NCBI GenBank assembly: GCA_020137815.1
Contig: CM035356.1
Location: 930,001 to 994,000, forward strand
Length of the DNA: 64,000 nt
Direction: 5' to 3'
DNA from: Hormiphora californensis
Taxonomy: Eukaryota; Animalia; Ctenophora
Position numbers and translations under genes: made by a program. The notes under the pieces were generated by a model, which saw only the letters and a list, made by a program, of their open reading frames with translations, ran no database searches and was not told where the DNA came from. Positions 62,341 through 64,000 of the stretch are shown here, piece by piece. Position 1 is the stretch's first letter. Each line of letters opens with the position of its first letter.

Positions 62341-64000
62341 ACAACTGCTACATAGTAGTTTATTAGAGGCCAGTGAAGGAAGGGCAGCTCATGGTACCGA
62401 GATAGCAAGATAGATTGTATCTTACAAGAAGAACTACCTTAGATCCCTGTTATACCCAGTACACTAATTTGATTGTTCCATTTCAGAAACTCATGACGAC
62501 TGTTGAAAGTAAGAATGTTACAGAGGCTAACCTTGCAGAAGGTATGGATTGTTATTACACACTCTCGAAACGTATTGTAGAGATGATTCTGAGTGAAATC
62601 TCTTAGAAAATCATAATAGTTTCCGAGAAATTGAAGTCTGAGTGAGTTAAAAACGCCCAAATTGTTATAATTTGCTACAAGTGGAGTGTTAAAACTTCAG
62701 CTTCTTGCTGACATGAGAATACATTCAAAACTCTCACACAACACATACCTATCTTCCTCGAATCTTCCTTGTGTGGCCCACATAGTATTTTATTTTCTGT
62801 TCGGTAGATCAACTCCTTCCTCCACACAGGACCAGACAAAGACGATGCAATGGATGCGTTCATAATACACTTTAATATTATTGGGGCTGTCAAGAAACAA
62901 TCAAAAACAGCTGTTCCTATCTTCTCAAAACAGGTGAATTCATCAGTGATAGATTCCCACCAGACTACTGCACTGTCAGGTCCCTCTCAGGTCTTGCCTT
63001 GTTCGACACTCCCTTGAACAAAACAACTCAGGCCCTCTCGACATGGAGCCCTCTCTAGAATTTTAACTTTCCTAACTCCAAATTGATTCCCCGAATACTC
63101 CTAGTTTTTACCACCCCTTCCTCCTATACAGGCATGTATGATGAACGCCATGTACAGTCGCCTAAAGGATGAGAATCACCTTCACAGCGATAAGAACACG
63201 ACATCAACACTACACACAACAGTTACAAGCACTGACACTGATGGGGCCTTGGGACGAAATATGGATTTCTCAAATCCAACTCTTAAAATAGGTTAGTTTG
63301 AACTAAAATATCTGAACATTCCTGAACTGCTGCAGCTGCAGCTGTTCGTTATTTCGGCACAAGAGTCACACTGTGTGTCTCAAAGTTTTCTGCGCGCGCT
63401 CGACACACGCAACTTGAACAGAGTGTTAGCACTTCGGTTTTGGTCGCGCACGCAAAATTCACAGCCCTCATGGTTTAAAAAACAGTGTGAGCGCTTTCAA
63501 ATTTGAAGGAACTCGCCGTTTTCTGACGGCGCTGACCTGACACTGTCAAATTAAACGTGGTCTTGCCATGACACACCCCATTTCCAGGGACAAAAGAAGT
63601 TGCAGTGGCGACGAAGCACATCAGCAAGAAAGAGAACATCCGAGGATTGACATTCAGCGAGGATGGGAAAATGAAGAAAATGAAGATTCGACAAGGAGGG
63701 AAACAGGAATTACAATTTGACGTGTAATGATAGACTGTGAAGTTATTAAAATTTCAGTTCTTTTTAGTGTACTGTAGATCGAATTTTACACAAGACTTTA
63801 TTCATGCAACTAGAATAACACGGGGATAGTGTTTGTTTGAGAGCTATGAAAGCTGTGCATGTGGGGCATATACTGTTTCTACCCACCAGCCACCATTTAC
63901 AGGGTTACAGCTATGACAGTCGTCGCCCTGTAGTCGGTCCGTAGTCATCTGTCAGAGAGGGAGAGAGAGAGGGGGGTAAATTAGTGATTTACTGTGGATG
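62341..64000 (+). repeat. Third, substitution-diverged copy of ~42655-44340 (FRMD8-like 3' exons 62809-62933, 63132-63296 and 3' UTR)
   Basis: The two exons encode the same peptide as copy 1, with only third-position differences. Confidence 0.88.

Overview
Eukaryotic (animal) genomic DNA rich in (GA)n/(CT)n microsatellites and non-autonomous DNA transposons. It is probably a ctenophore; I infer this from a nested gene whose domain I associate with ctenophores and from the nested-gene architecture. Left part: three tightly packed minus-strand genes (EMG1 with a 1-nt frameshift, single-exon DOHH, and a spliced NOS1AP/CAPON-like PTB gene running off the left edge) sit head-to-head with a ~18 kb multi-exon LARP1. 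DOHH and NOS1AP each start just after a splice acceptor with almost no room for a promoter, which suggests an operon-like polycistronic or trans-spliced unit. LARP1 introns hold several transposons and a three-exon antisense gene for a secreted protein. Middle part: an ~8.2 kb PIF/Harbinger-like element contains a 5'-truncated RT-RNase H non-LTR retrotransposon flanked by a 366-bp direct duplication, plus minisatellites. It is followed by an FRMD8-like FERM gene and a small antisense membrane-protein gene. Right part: ~44.5-61.3 kb is an indel-ridden copy of ~31.1-44.4 kb with junk stretches, most likely an unpolished read or assembly artefact. From ~62.3 kb there is a cleaner third copy of the FRMD8-like 3' end that differs only at synonymous sites in the two exons compared. 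All gene models were built by eye from splice signals and remembered homology; no searches were run.
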